Source: a virus. Taken from it: DNA of 64,000 bases. The stretch spans positions 3,899 through 67,898 of the IMG/VR virus record IMGVR_UViG_3300043028_000007, one strand, 5' to 3'. This document shows, in pieces, positions 49,640 to 58,216 of this stretch. Position 1 is the first letter of the stretch, and each line of letters begins with the position of its first letter. Both the position numbers and the translations under genes were made by a program. The notes below the pieces were generated by a model. It was given only the letters and a program-made list of their open reading frames with translations. It was not told where the DNA came from and ran no database searches.

Positions 49640-51395
49640 TGATTCAGCTACATCATTATATCAGTCTATAGTAGATACCTGCGATGAAATAATAGAGGTT
49701 CTTACAGATCATTGTGGTAAATATGCTCTGAATTGCTTATTGATAGAAGATAGTGGGATGAAATCTAATAATGCTAATATGTTTACTACAGATGGAATAA
49801 CTATTTTGGATTATCTGGAATATGTTAGTCCATTACAAACATATATAAAACACTTGATAGCATATATTGGAAGACGAGTAGAAACTGCCGCCGGAGATGG
49901 TACAACTACATCGATGATGATATCGGCAAGTATACTTAAATATTTCTTTCAAAAAGTTATTTCAGAACAACCCTTAACTAAGAAAAATAGACACGAGCTA
50001 ATCGATAAGTTTAAGGCAGATATTTCTCAATTAAGAACATCCCTGGGTCACTATAGGCTTACTGTTTTTGAAGTAGCTGAAAAATTAAATAAAGACCCAA
50101 GAGAAATACAGTCTGAGATAGCATATATACAAAGTATGATAATAAGTAAGAGGAATAAAGAACTATCGGAGTGCATAAAAGAAATTTTCCAATATACTCC
50201 CATAGAGATAAACGATACCTTTGAAAGAGAAATATCTAGAATAGAAACAAAAGAAAAATTCTCTGTCAAATATCCTGATGAAGACCTTACTTGTAACGTA
50301 GTTATTACCTCGAATATAGAGTATAATAAAAAACTTGGTACAGAATTCGAACAAGATAATTGTGATCTTATAGTTTCCTCCGCCTTACTAACAAAAGATT
50401 ATAAGGACTATACTTTACTATATGAATATATAAAAAATAGAACCAAACCAGTGTTGGTACTATATAAGGAAATGAGTTCGGATGCAGTAATAGAACTTAA
50501 TTCATTTAATACAAGAACAGGTCATCCTGTCATATTGGCTAAATATGCTTCTGGTAGAAATATAAGTAGTACAGAACCGATAATACTTCAGACAATACCA
50601 GTAGCTTCTGGAAAAAAATCACTACATAGAGTAGACAATATAGAAGAAGCTATTATAACTAACGTTAAATGCCATATAATACATGGTAAATTGTCTATAT
50701 CGAATACATATGCAATCGATGAAAAGACCAAATTACATATGTCATATATAAACCCAGGAAGCGATGAGAATTACGATAAGTTTCTAAAGGAATTGAAACA
50801 AACTATACACGATTTCAAACATGTACATAAAGTAGCAGATAATGAACTTATAGACGAGTATGTGACTTCTTTGAGATATATGGTATCTGCTAGAACTCCT
50901 AGACTAGGTATTGGTGGTAACTCAATAGATGTAATGGAATCTAACGCAATTGTTAACGATGTATTAGGTGCTATCACTTGTTCTCTATCTAAAGGTTTTC
51001 TTATAGATGGAAATTTGACTACGCTGAAATATAGCAATAGCGATTTCATAACAAAAGCATTTAACGATCTACTTAAGGTAATTCACAATATAACTGATAA
51101 AATGGAAGATACTTTTAATGAAATAGTCGATAATTATCAGTTTGAAAGTGGAGATAAATTTGACAGTAAGTATATGGACTTAAGGTTCTGGGAACATTAT
51201 TGTAAAACGTCTGTAACTAAAGATGGTGCCATTAACAAATTTATAATAGATGGAAAATTGGATCATGACGCCATAATACATCCTTATGTACTTTATATAG
51301 AACTTCTTAACAGAATAGAAGAAGTTATAGTTAAGTTAATGGCAACTGAGAGAGTAATAGTTCCCGGCACTGCTAATGATAAAGGAGGTAAGTGA
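49584..51395 (+). CDS. groEL: Divergent GroEL-like chaperonin
   Basis: Motifs FTTDGITIL, ETAAGDGTTTS and DVLGAITCSLSKGFLIDG. 603 aa. GAAGGAG RBS. Confidence 0.8.
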   Translation: MSEYHQLRLLKNNDGVTNSDSATSLYQSIVDTCDEIIEVLTDHCGKYALNCLLIEDSGMKSNNANMFTTDGITILDYLEYVSPLQTYIKHLIAYIGRRVETAAGDGTTTSMMISASILKYFFQKVISEQPLTKKNRHELIDKFKADISQLRTSLGHYRLTVFEVAEKLNKDPREIQSEIAYIQSMIISKRNKELSECIKEIFQYTPIEINDTFEREISRIETKEKFSVKYPDEDLTCNVVITSNIEYNKKLGTEFEQDNCDLIVSSALLTKDYKDYTLLYEYIKNRTKPVLVLYKEMSSDAVIELNSFNTRTGHPVILAKYASGRNISSTEPIILQTIPVASGKKSLHRVDNIEEAIITNVKCHIIHGKLSISNTYAIDEKTKLHMSYINPGSDENYDKFLKELKQTIHDFKHVHKVADNELIDEYVTSLRYMVSARTPRLGIGGNSIDVMESNAIVNDVLGAITCSLSKGFLIDGNLTTLKYSNSDFITKAFNDLLKVIHNITDKMEDTFNEIVDNYQFESGDKFDSKYMDLRFWEHYCKTSVTKDGAINKFIIDGKLDHDAIIHPYVLYIELLNRIEEVIVKLMATERVIVPGTANDKGGK

Positions 51396-51790
51396 TGTCC
51401 GATACAATCGTAATCGATAGTATAGTCAAATTCGATAGCTTACATACAGATGATGAGACTATGTGGAAAGGTAAGATCATTGGTAAAGTAAAATACGATA
51501 TAGCCAAGTCTTACCCACAAGTAGTACCGTATTATATGGATATTAAGAAGAATAATCCAGAAATACCTTCTATAGAAAATTTAGAATACTTTATTATCAA
51601 ATTAGATGACGATGGTACCGGGAGTGACATATATAGAGCATTTGCAGAAGAATGGATAGTTCCCGGATCATTAATTACAATAGATGTGTCTAGTAAAAGA
51701 ACTATAGATATATATGGAATTTCTGAAACAGAGTTTGCTGATATAGTTGAAATGATTAAGATAAGAGGTTATGTCGTAGAGACTAATTAA
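51392..51790 (+). CDS. Small conserved-type jumbo-phage protein (possible beta-barrel/SH3-like)
   Basis: 132 aa with GGAGG RBS. Motifs WKGKIIG.V and YFIIKL...AFAEEWI. Confidence 0.6.
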   Translation: MMSDTIVIDSIVKFDSLHTDDETMWKGKIIGKVKYDIAKSYPQVVPYYMDIKKNNPEIPSIENLEYFIIKLDDDGTGSDIYRAFAEEWIVPGSLITIDVSSKRTIDIYGISETEFADIVEMIKIRGYVVETN

Positions 51791-51794
51791 CAAA

Positions 51795-52295
51795 AAAATA
51801 AGATAATCGGAGAAACAAGTAAGGACCTGTTACAAGTTCTCCGATTTCTTAACCCATTGAAACTGCTATAGCCTAGTACTATAGCAATATAATTATTATA
51901 CCAATACCCATTATCCACCGCCTTGTCAAATAGTCAATACCTTGACCAGGCATGGAAATACATATTGATTTTTCTTGACTTCTGTAAAAAATCAAAACAG
52001 ACCCCTTTTCTATACCTGGTCTCTATAACCAGTGTTGATAAATTAATAAATAGCTTTTGCCTAATTAATTTATCAGAAAAGTTGTCTTCTATCTTTAAAA
52101 CAGAAGATAAGAGAATATGTGGGTAAGCGTATTCTCTTTTCTATACTTCGTCTATTATCTATTAGGTCCTTAGACGAAGCAAGGCTAACTGGACTCAGCT
52201 TGCTAGGGGCTCCAGTTACCCCTTTCGATATGATCTCCATGAAGACTCCTTTCTCTATTTGGAGATGGTACTATAAACACTTTCTAACTTAGCCT
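51795..52295 (-). ncRNA. Candidate ~500-nt highly structured non-coding RNA
   Basis: Lies between an early promoter (52302-52319) and a terminator (51806-51846). No ORF of 60 aa or more on the transcribed strand. At least nine local stems of 5-12 bp plus crossing complementarities. Confidence 0.55.
51806..51846. terminator. Bidirectional terminator hairpin
   Basis: AATCGGAGAA/TTCTCCGATT 10-bp stem, followed on the minus strand by a U-rich tract. Confidence 0.7.
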
Positions 52296-52301
52296 ACATA
52301 A

Positions 52302-52319
52302 ATAATATATATTTTAAAT
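52302..52319 (-). promoter_or_regulatory. phiKZ-type early promoter
   Basis: Minus strand ATTTAAAATATATATTAT, a perfect consensus copy with no conventional gene downstream. Confidence 0.75.
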
Positions 52320-52330
52320 CAAACGAACAA

Positions 52331-52366
52331 CATATACAGTTAGGGCTAAGGCCCTAACTGTATATG
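52331..52366. terminator. Intrinsic terminator hairpin
   Basis: 16-bp perfect stem CATATACAGTTAGGGC/GCCCTAACTGTATATG. Confidence 0.8.
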
Positions 52367-52380
52367 TATATTTATATTAT

Positions 52381-54018
52381 TTAATCAAGAAATGATTGTA
52401 TTTTAGTAGCTTGATAATAAACTTTATTATTAGTTAGGTTTTCTAATTCTTTAAATAATTTTTCATAATCTTCAGCTAACCTACCTGTAGTAGCTATACT
52501 AAGTAAATTGGCTGGTAATGATAAAGGTATGAGATAATCAGTGACTACATTGATCTTTCTACTTATTTGCTTTCTTTTCTTTTCTATTATAGCCATTATC
52601 TTTTCGGTATCCGCAAGATAAGTATTTCTTATCTGTGGATCTAGGTCTTTATTTTTAAATAAAGCCATATTGTTTTGAGCCATTCTTTGTAATCTGGCAT
52701 ATATGTCTTCGTATGTAGTAATAGGGATATTGTTTGTACCTAAAGAATTTTCTATAAAACTTATGCCACCTAAAGTCGTTTTCAATAACCAAGAATGATG
52801 GTTAGCTTTATGAAAAGCTACCGCACCCATTTTCGACGCATTTTTTAATATCATAAAATCCATTAGTTTATTTAATCCGGAAGCAAGATGAGCTCCCATA
52901 CCATGTCTAGAAACATATTCATCAGCTCTTCTTTCTATGTTGTACTTATTTCTATTGGAAAGAGTTTCATCACTTCTCTTATCTTTAGAAGTTATACGAA
53001 AATAATCTTCTCCTTTATCAAAAATTGGCACAAGTGTTTTGATTGTTAGAAATACTATCATAATAAAAATATATATAAAAGCATTAGCTAACAAAATTAC
53101 TATGGTAGATAATAAGTTATCAATATGTTTTAGTGGAGTATTATCTGGTATAAATCTTAAAGCATCTACTATATTAAATAAGAATCTTCTAATAGCAGAG
53201 ATATCTTTTTTAGTGACTATATATTTACCTTCTTTAATATCGTCTTCCATAGTTTTTAGTTTATCGTCTAATTTTTTAGATATTTCACCTACGTCTTCTT
53301 TCTTAATAGACCTTACCATATACTTGGTTAAGTCAGTAAAATAGACATACTTAGACAAGTTTTCTATAGAAGAAATGACATGGCCTACTTCATGTAATAT
53401 AATGGCAGTCATTTCCTCATAAGTTGCTTTGGCTGCGCCGGGTATTAGTTTGTCCATAAAATATATACAGCCTAGATCTAGATATAGAGTCCAATTGAAT
53501 CTAGATAAAGTATTTAATGTCTCATCTTTAAACTGACCACTAGACACATCTAATGATCCCATTACATCCAAGTAATCATCTATAGTAGTTTTCTTATAAG
53601 CACCCATGTCAGATAAAGTACTAGTTTCTAATTCATCAAAGAAAGTAGTTCTTTCAGGTTTTTTGTAACTGACTTCTCCAGAACTATGTCTCATTATTTC
53701 TGTAAAGAAGTTATTGCTATCCTTATCGTCTAAAGATACAGCAAAGAAACCAAATGAAAATGTTGGACTAATGGTTCTTATACTAGACAATCTCATATTG
53801 AGATTGTTTTTAAATATTTCTGTTAGTTGTTTAGATATGGTCTTATCAAAGAAAATTTTAAATTCATTATAAAACGTAACAGTAGTCTTATCTTTGGTCC
53901 AATTACGTTTTATATACTGTTCACCTACACTTAGAGCGAGGACTATTTCCTCAGCCAATTTGCTTTTCTTTTTGAAATCTATAGCCTCTAAGCCGGGTAT
54001 GTCTACAAGGTTAATCAT
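52381..54018 (-). CDS. Head-associated protein with zincin (HExxH) metallopeptidase-like motif; paralog of 54030-55583
   Basis: IILHEVGH and ERRADEYVSRHGMG motifs. N-terminal PGLEAI resembles the phiKZ-type head protease site (S/A/G-x-E). Confidence 0.7.
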   Translation of the reverse strand: MINLVDIPGLEAIDFKKKSKLAEEIVLALSVGEQYIKRNWTKDKTTVTFYNEFKIFFDKTISKQLTEIFKNNLNMRLSSIRTISPTFSFGFFAVSLDDKDSNNFFTEIMRHSSGEVSYKKPERTTFFDELETSTLSDMGAYKKTTIDDYLDVMGSLDVSSGQFKDETLNTLSRFNWTLYLDLGCIYFMDKLIPGAAKATYEEMTAIILHEVGHVISSIENLSKYVYFTDLTKYMVRSIKKEDVGEISKKLDDKLKTMEDDIKEGKYIVTKKDISAIRRFLFNIVDALRFIPDNTPLKHIDNLLSTIVILLANAFIYIFIMIVFLTIKTLVPIFDKGEDYFRITSKDKRSDETLSNRNKYNIERRADEYVSRHGMGAHLASGLNKLMDFMILKNASKMGAVAFHKANHHSWLLKTTLGGISFIENSLGTNNIPITTYEDIYARLQRMAQNNMALFKNKDLDPQIRNTYLADTEKIMAIIEKKRKQISRKINVVTDYLIPLSLPANLLSIATTGRLAEDYEKLFKELENLTNNKVYYQATKIQSFLD

Positions 54019-54029
54019 GACTGTCCTTT

Positions 54030-55583
54030 CTATAAAAATGATTGTATTTTAGCAGCTTGATAATAAGCTTTGTTGTTTATAAGATTCTCTGCCTCTTTGA
54101 ATAATTTTTCATAATCGTATGGAAGGTTGCCTGTCGATAGAATAGAGTAGATATTTGTTGGAGTAAAAATCCCTATCATCTTAGATAATGTATCTAGCAT
54201 AGATTTACCTATACCACCTTTTAATTGTTTAATCGTATACAACAACTCTTCCGTTTTCTTTATCTGATCATCTCTTACAGTAGGAGATAGATTCCGGTCT
54301 TTAAATATAGACATGTTGTTTTGTAATAACCTTTCTATTCTAGACACTACATCTTCATAGACGATGGTAAAATTATCTGCTCTGATTCCTAAGGCTTTAA
54401 ATAGATACTTTAATGAGACTAAATATATCTTACTTACAAAGTTAGCATGGGATGCGTATTTGTAACCCAATAACGACTGAGGAGTCAATATCTCACTATA
54501 ACCATTTAACTTAAGTAATGCATCTGCAAGATAAGGACCCATACCATGCATAGATACATATTCATCAGCTAATCTTTCTATGTAATAATTGTTTCTCCTA
54601 CTATTAGTTTCATCGTTCTTCTTATAACCATCTTTAAGTATTGTTATGTCATATAAAGTAGTTACTATTTTAAAAGATACAAAAAGACTAGCTGCTAGTA
54701 ATAAAAACACTATAAGAATAAATAACCTAAAAGCAATAGATATTAATTTGGTTACTATTCTTAAAGGTAATCCTATTATCTTTCTAGATTTGGTTGTTTC
54801 GACAGATTTGATAAAATTAATTATAAAGTTTTGTAAAGTCACTGTAGTTTTATTACTTATAGTTTTAATATGTCTTAATCCACTTACTAAGCTCAATATA
54901 GTTTTCTTATTTTTGACTACTTCATCTACGATATCTTCTTTTTCTAAGTTTACTAAAAAATTTCTAAGTAATTCGGTCTTATATATGACATCTGTACTAT
55001 GTTCTAATATAGTAATTGGATGCCCTATTTCATGTAGTATTATAGTAGTCAATTCTTCGGTAGTATAGTTCTTTACGCCTATAAGGACATCTTTACCAAA
55101 AAATGCTGTTACGAGATCTATAGTAAGGACATATTCGTTATTATAAAAAGGGTTGTTCGGAGATATTGTCAAAGTTCCTGTCTTAAGATCTACGTGTTCT
55201 TCATTAGATAACATTTCTAGCACATCTTTGAATTTAGATTTCTTATAACTCATTTGTCCTGAAGAACTACCTATACCGTCAAACAATAATCCCTTTTCTG
55301 TTTTGTCAGTCATAGCTATAGAAAAAACATTAGAAGGACCTTCTTTGTATAATCCTTTTACTTTCTTTATTTTGAGTTTAGTATTTTTGTAGATAATATC
55401 TATTAAAGTATCTTCTTGTTTTTCAAATTGTTTTCCAAAAGCATTTATAGTTTTTTCTATGTCCTCGTTCTCTTCTTTTAAGTCCTTAGCTATCCGTATC
55501 TGTTCCGTGAAAAAATAGACCAATTCCTTAGCTAATGAGCTATGCCCTTGGAAGCCTATTTTTTCTAATCCTATATTAATCAT
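54030..55583 (-). CDS. Head-associated protein with zincin (HExxH) metallopeptidase-like motif; paralog of 52381-54018
   Basis: IILHEIGH and ERLADEYVSMHGMG motifs. N-terminal IGLEKI. Confidence 0.7.
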   Translation of the reverse strand: MINIGLEKIGFQGHSSLAKELVYFFTEQIRIAKDLKEENEDIEKTINAFGKQFEKQEDTLIDIIYKNTKLKIKKVKGLYKEGPSNVFSIAMTDKTEKGLLFDGIGSSSGQMSYKKSKFKDVLEMLSNEEHVDLKTGTLTISPNNPFYNNEYVLTIDLVTAFFGKDVLIGVKNYTTEELTTIILHEIGHPITILEHSTDVIYKTELLRNFLVNLEKEDIVDEVVKNKKTILSLVSGLRHIKTISNKTTVTLQNFIINFIKSVETTKSRKIIGLPLRIVTKLISIAFRLFILIVFLLLAASLFVSFKIVTTLYDITILKDGYKKNDETNSRRNNYYIERLADEYVSMHGMGPYLADALLKLNGYSEILTPQSLLGYKYASHANFVSKIYLVSLKYLFKALGIRADNFTIVYEDVVSRIERLLQNNMSIFKDRNLSPTVRDDQIKKTEELLYTIKQLKGGIGKSMLDTLSKMIGIFTPTNIYSILSTGNLPYDYEKLFKEAENLINNKAYYQAAKIQSFL

Positions 55584-55671
55584 TTTTACTATCTCCTATT
55601 AAGTTAGTTTATATACCATGAACTAATACATCACAAAAAAAAAATAAGAGGGGACCGAAGTCCCCTTGCTA

Positions 55672-56163
55672 TTATTTTGTTTTAGGAGGATTTTTAGGTT
55701 TTTCCTCTCCTCCATCTTCTTTACTTGGTTTATTCTTTTCGATAACGGAACTCACTTCTTTACTAAGTACTGTTATTGTTTCTTTGATTTCTTCATCGGA
55801 CTTTTCATCCGAGGCAAGATCTTTCCAAAGTTCTTTTATGAAACTGGCAAGATCTTCTCTAGTCTTTTTATCAAAAACTTTTCCGAGTCCATCAGAATCG
55901 TTTTCAATATGATCTTCAAATGCAGACCACATGATTTTAGAAAGTCTAACAATACGACTTTCCAAATCATTATCATTTGTAGAAGAGGAATAAACTTCTT
56001 CCTCTTCCTCTTTTTCACTATGAAAGAGGAGATCTTCCATCCTCATAGTGAATTCTTTGTATGCAGCTTGAGCCGAATCAAGCTTATCATATCCTTCTCG
56101 ACGAGCGTTTAAATATTCTTCACCGGTTGTTTCTTTACTCCTGTCTCTCCATACGATAGTCAT
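55672..56163 (-). CDS. Acidic hypothetical protein (early gene)
   Basis: 163 aa with AAAGGAG RBS, downstream of the early promoter at 56207-56224. Confidence 0.75.
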   Translation of the reverse strand: MTIVWRDRSKETTGEEYLNARREGYDKLDSAQAAYKEFTMRMEDLLFHSEKEEEEEVYSSSTNDNDLESRIVRLSKIMWSAFEDHIENDSDGLGKVFDKKTREDLASFIKELWKDLASDEKSDEEIKETITVLSKEVSSVIEKNKPSKEDGGEEKPKNPPKTK

Positions 56164-56206
56164 ATCGTCTCCTTTAATTAAAGTTATTGGTTAATATTCT
56201 AATTTA

Positions 56207-56224
56207 ATAATATATATTTAAAAT
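56207..56224 (-). promoter_or_regulatory. phiKZ-type early promoter
   Basis: Minus strand ATTTTAAATATATATTAT. Confidence 0.7.
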
Positions 56225-56240
56225 AAAATTGAAAGCGTAG

Positions 56241-56276
56241 ATATAACCCATGTACCTTTAGGTACATGGGTTATAT
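56241..56276. terminator. Intrinsic terminator hairpin
   Basis: 17-bp perfect stem ATATAACCCATGTACCT/AGGTACATGGGTTATAT. Confidence 0.8.
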
Positions 56277-56300
56277 GAGTGTTACTTAATTATATTGTCG

Positions 56301-57431
56301 TTACTTTTTCTCACAAGCAATAAGAGCATTACCAATCTGGATTGTATTTGAACAAACCTTCTTCATGGCAGAAATAATAGCGTTCTGTACACTTGAAAGC
56401 TGAGAAATGATTTTCTTTTTGTTTTCGATATCAGTTTTAAGTTTCTTATTTTCTTCACCGGATGCAATGATTGAGTCAAGTTCTTTTTCTGAAGCCTTAA
56501 GAAGTTGTTCCCAAGATTTCTGAAGTGCTGGGAACTTAGCAACCATGGCGGCAATAGCAATTGCTAGATCACAAAGTTCTATACCTTTACTTGTATCGTA
56601 TTTATGATCTTTTAAAGAGGCTTCTTTTTCTCCTTCAGTAAAAGTATCTTTAGTAGAAGCAAAGTCTTCTTTCTTATCATTTTCTTTATATCCGACAGCG
56701 AGCATATGGTCTTTTTTACTATCAAATAATTCTTTTTTGATAACTTCAAAAATGATTTTTGAAGTTACATCGCCGCTTTTAGCAACCTTAGTAACTAATT
56801 TATCAGGATTATTTACAAGTAATTTCTCACCAAGAGTTTTAACGATATCTGCCCATTTTTTCATATCTGTGGCAGGAAGAGTCTTGATTTTCTTATCTTT
56901 CATCTTTTCATCATCAAGAGTAATCTTTTCAAGTTTTTCTTTGATTTGCTTAAGAACTTTTTCTACTTTCTGAAACATCTGAATAACCTTACCGAAAATA
57001 CGCTTAATGAATTCCCAGATTTTCTTGAAGAAATTCTTAACAGCAGTACCCCATTTCTTAAGGGTATCTTTCATTCCTTCAACAGCAGCAACTGCTACCT
57101 GATCTTTAATAGGAGTTACAGGTAGCTCTTCATAAGATGTAAGGCCCATCTTACTTAGCCACATGCCTGTAGGGTCAGCAGACATCATCTGACCACGAGA
57201 AATGCCATAATCTTCAATGGATTTACATAGAGCTTCTGTACCAGATACGAAAGCGAATGCAGATTCTGATTTTGTCATAAAATCATTAAATTCTGCCATT
57301 TCTGCATTGACTTCTTCTGTATCTGCGATAAGTTCAATCATTTCGCCCATAGAGTCAGAAAAAACTCCAGCTGAAGTTGCGTCATCTTCTAGCATTGTAT
57401 TAAAATCTTCAAGACCTGCGAAGTGTGCCAT
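56301..57431 (-). CDS. Internal head (inner-body/ejection) protein, phiKZ gp93-97-type
   Basis: Acidic propeptide with AGLED, GTEAL and AAVEGMKDTLKKW...KNFFKKIWEFIKRIF pattern. High-expression codon usage. Confidence 0.7.
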   Translation of the reverse strand: MAHFAGLEDFNTMLEDDATSAGVFSDSMGEMIELIADTEEVNAEMAEFNDFMTKSESAFAFVSGTEALCKSIEDYGISRGQMMSADPTGMWLSKMGLTSYEELPVTPIKDQVAVAAVEGMKDTLKKWGTAVKNFFKKIWEFIKRIFGKVIQMFQKVEKVLKQIKEKLEKITLDDEKMKDKKIKTLPATDMKKWADIVKTLGEKLLVNNPDKLVTKVAKSGDVTSKIIFEVIKKELFDSKKDHMLAVGYKENDKKEDFASTKDTFTEGEKEASLKDHKYDTSKGIELCDLAIAIAAMVAKFPALQKSWEQLLKASEKELDSIIASGEENKKLKTDIENKKKIISQLSSVQNAIISAMKKVCSNTIQIGNALIACEKK

Positions 57432-57444
57432 ATTCTTTTTCTCC

Positions 57445-58197
57445 TTAGTAACATGTTTGAAAATGTTTTATTAGTTTCATACCTTCAAGAACTAATATTT
57501 TGTTTCTGTTAAATTGTGCAAGCTTTTCTGTCACATCTTTATAATATTTCTTCTCAAATTCGACGTACTTTAAATCGACAGAATTTACGCTACCTAAAAT
57601 TTCATCTATTAATTCAATTACTCTGCCTGTAGTCAGATTGAGTTTATCTAATGTCAGTGCTTGTCTATCTAAACTCATATCGAACTTATTATCTCTAATA
57701 GGATAACAAGTTAAACTACACTCCCTAGCTTTAGCTGGAATCACTTCTCTCGAAGTGTTGCTCAATTCCATTCTAGTGCGTGTCAGGTAATCTTTAACTA
57801 ATAGAATATAATCATTACAAGTTCGATGACAGAGCTGTATCTGTTCACCTACTTCCTGCAATATTGATTTACTTATATTATTTAGCACTTCTTGTAAACT
57901 AAATATAGTTTCTTTAAACTCTTCATTTAGATCATTTTTAAAAGGAAAATGATCATAAAGACTAGAATCTAGTAATCGTCCTTTGCCCTTATCTTCGAAT
58001 AATTGGCACAGTACTGGATCAATAGCTTTTACAGACTCGATTAATCCTTTAGATGTTCCCATAGAAGAACAGACAGATATTATCTTATCCATATGAGCCA
58101 CACGTTGTTCTAATTCATTGTACTTATCCATCAATGTACTTATATCGGATTGATATTTATTTATCTCTTCTAATTTAAATTGTAGTTGTTCTAACAT
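57445..58197 (-). CDS. Hypothetical protein in the head-protein operon
   Basis: 250-aa helical ORF in a continuous minus-strand operon. Confidence 0.7.
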   Translation of the reverse strand: MLEQLQFKLEEINKYQSDISTLMDKYNELEQRVAHMDKIISVCSSMGTSKGLIESVKAIDPVLCQLFEDKGKGRLLDSSLYDHFPFKNDLNEEFKETIFSLQEVLNNISKSILQEVGEQIQLCHRTCNDYILLVKDYLTRTRMELSNTSREVIPAKARECSLTCYPIRDNKFDMSLDRQALTLDKLNLTTGRVIELIDEILGSVNSVDLKYVEFEKKYYKDVTEKLAQFNRNKILVLEGMKLIKHFQTCY

Positions 58198-58216
58198 ATG
58201 CTTTATCCTTTATATA

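Noticed and set aside
51923-52126. 67-aa plus-strand ORF inside the structured region
   Set aside because: It has no RBS or promoter, follows a terminator and runs opposite to the early promoter.
51795-52295. tmRNA, RNase P RNA, group I/II intron or tRNA identity for the structured region
   Set aside because: No tRNA-like ends (GGGG 5' end, T-arm, CCA), no GAGGAAAGUCC P4 motif, no convincing intron core, and it does not interrupt a gene. A covariance-model search is still needed.
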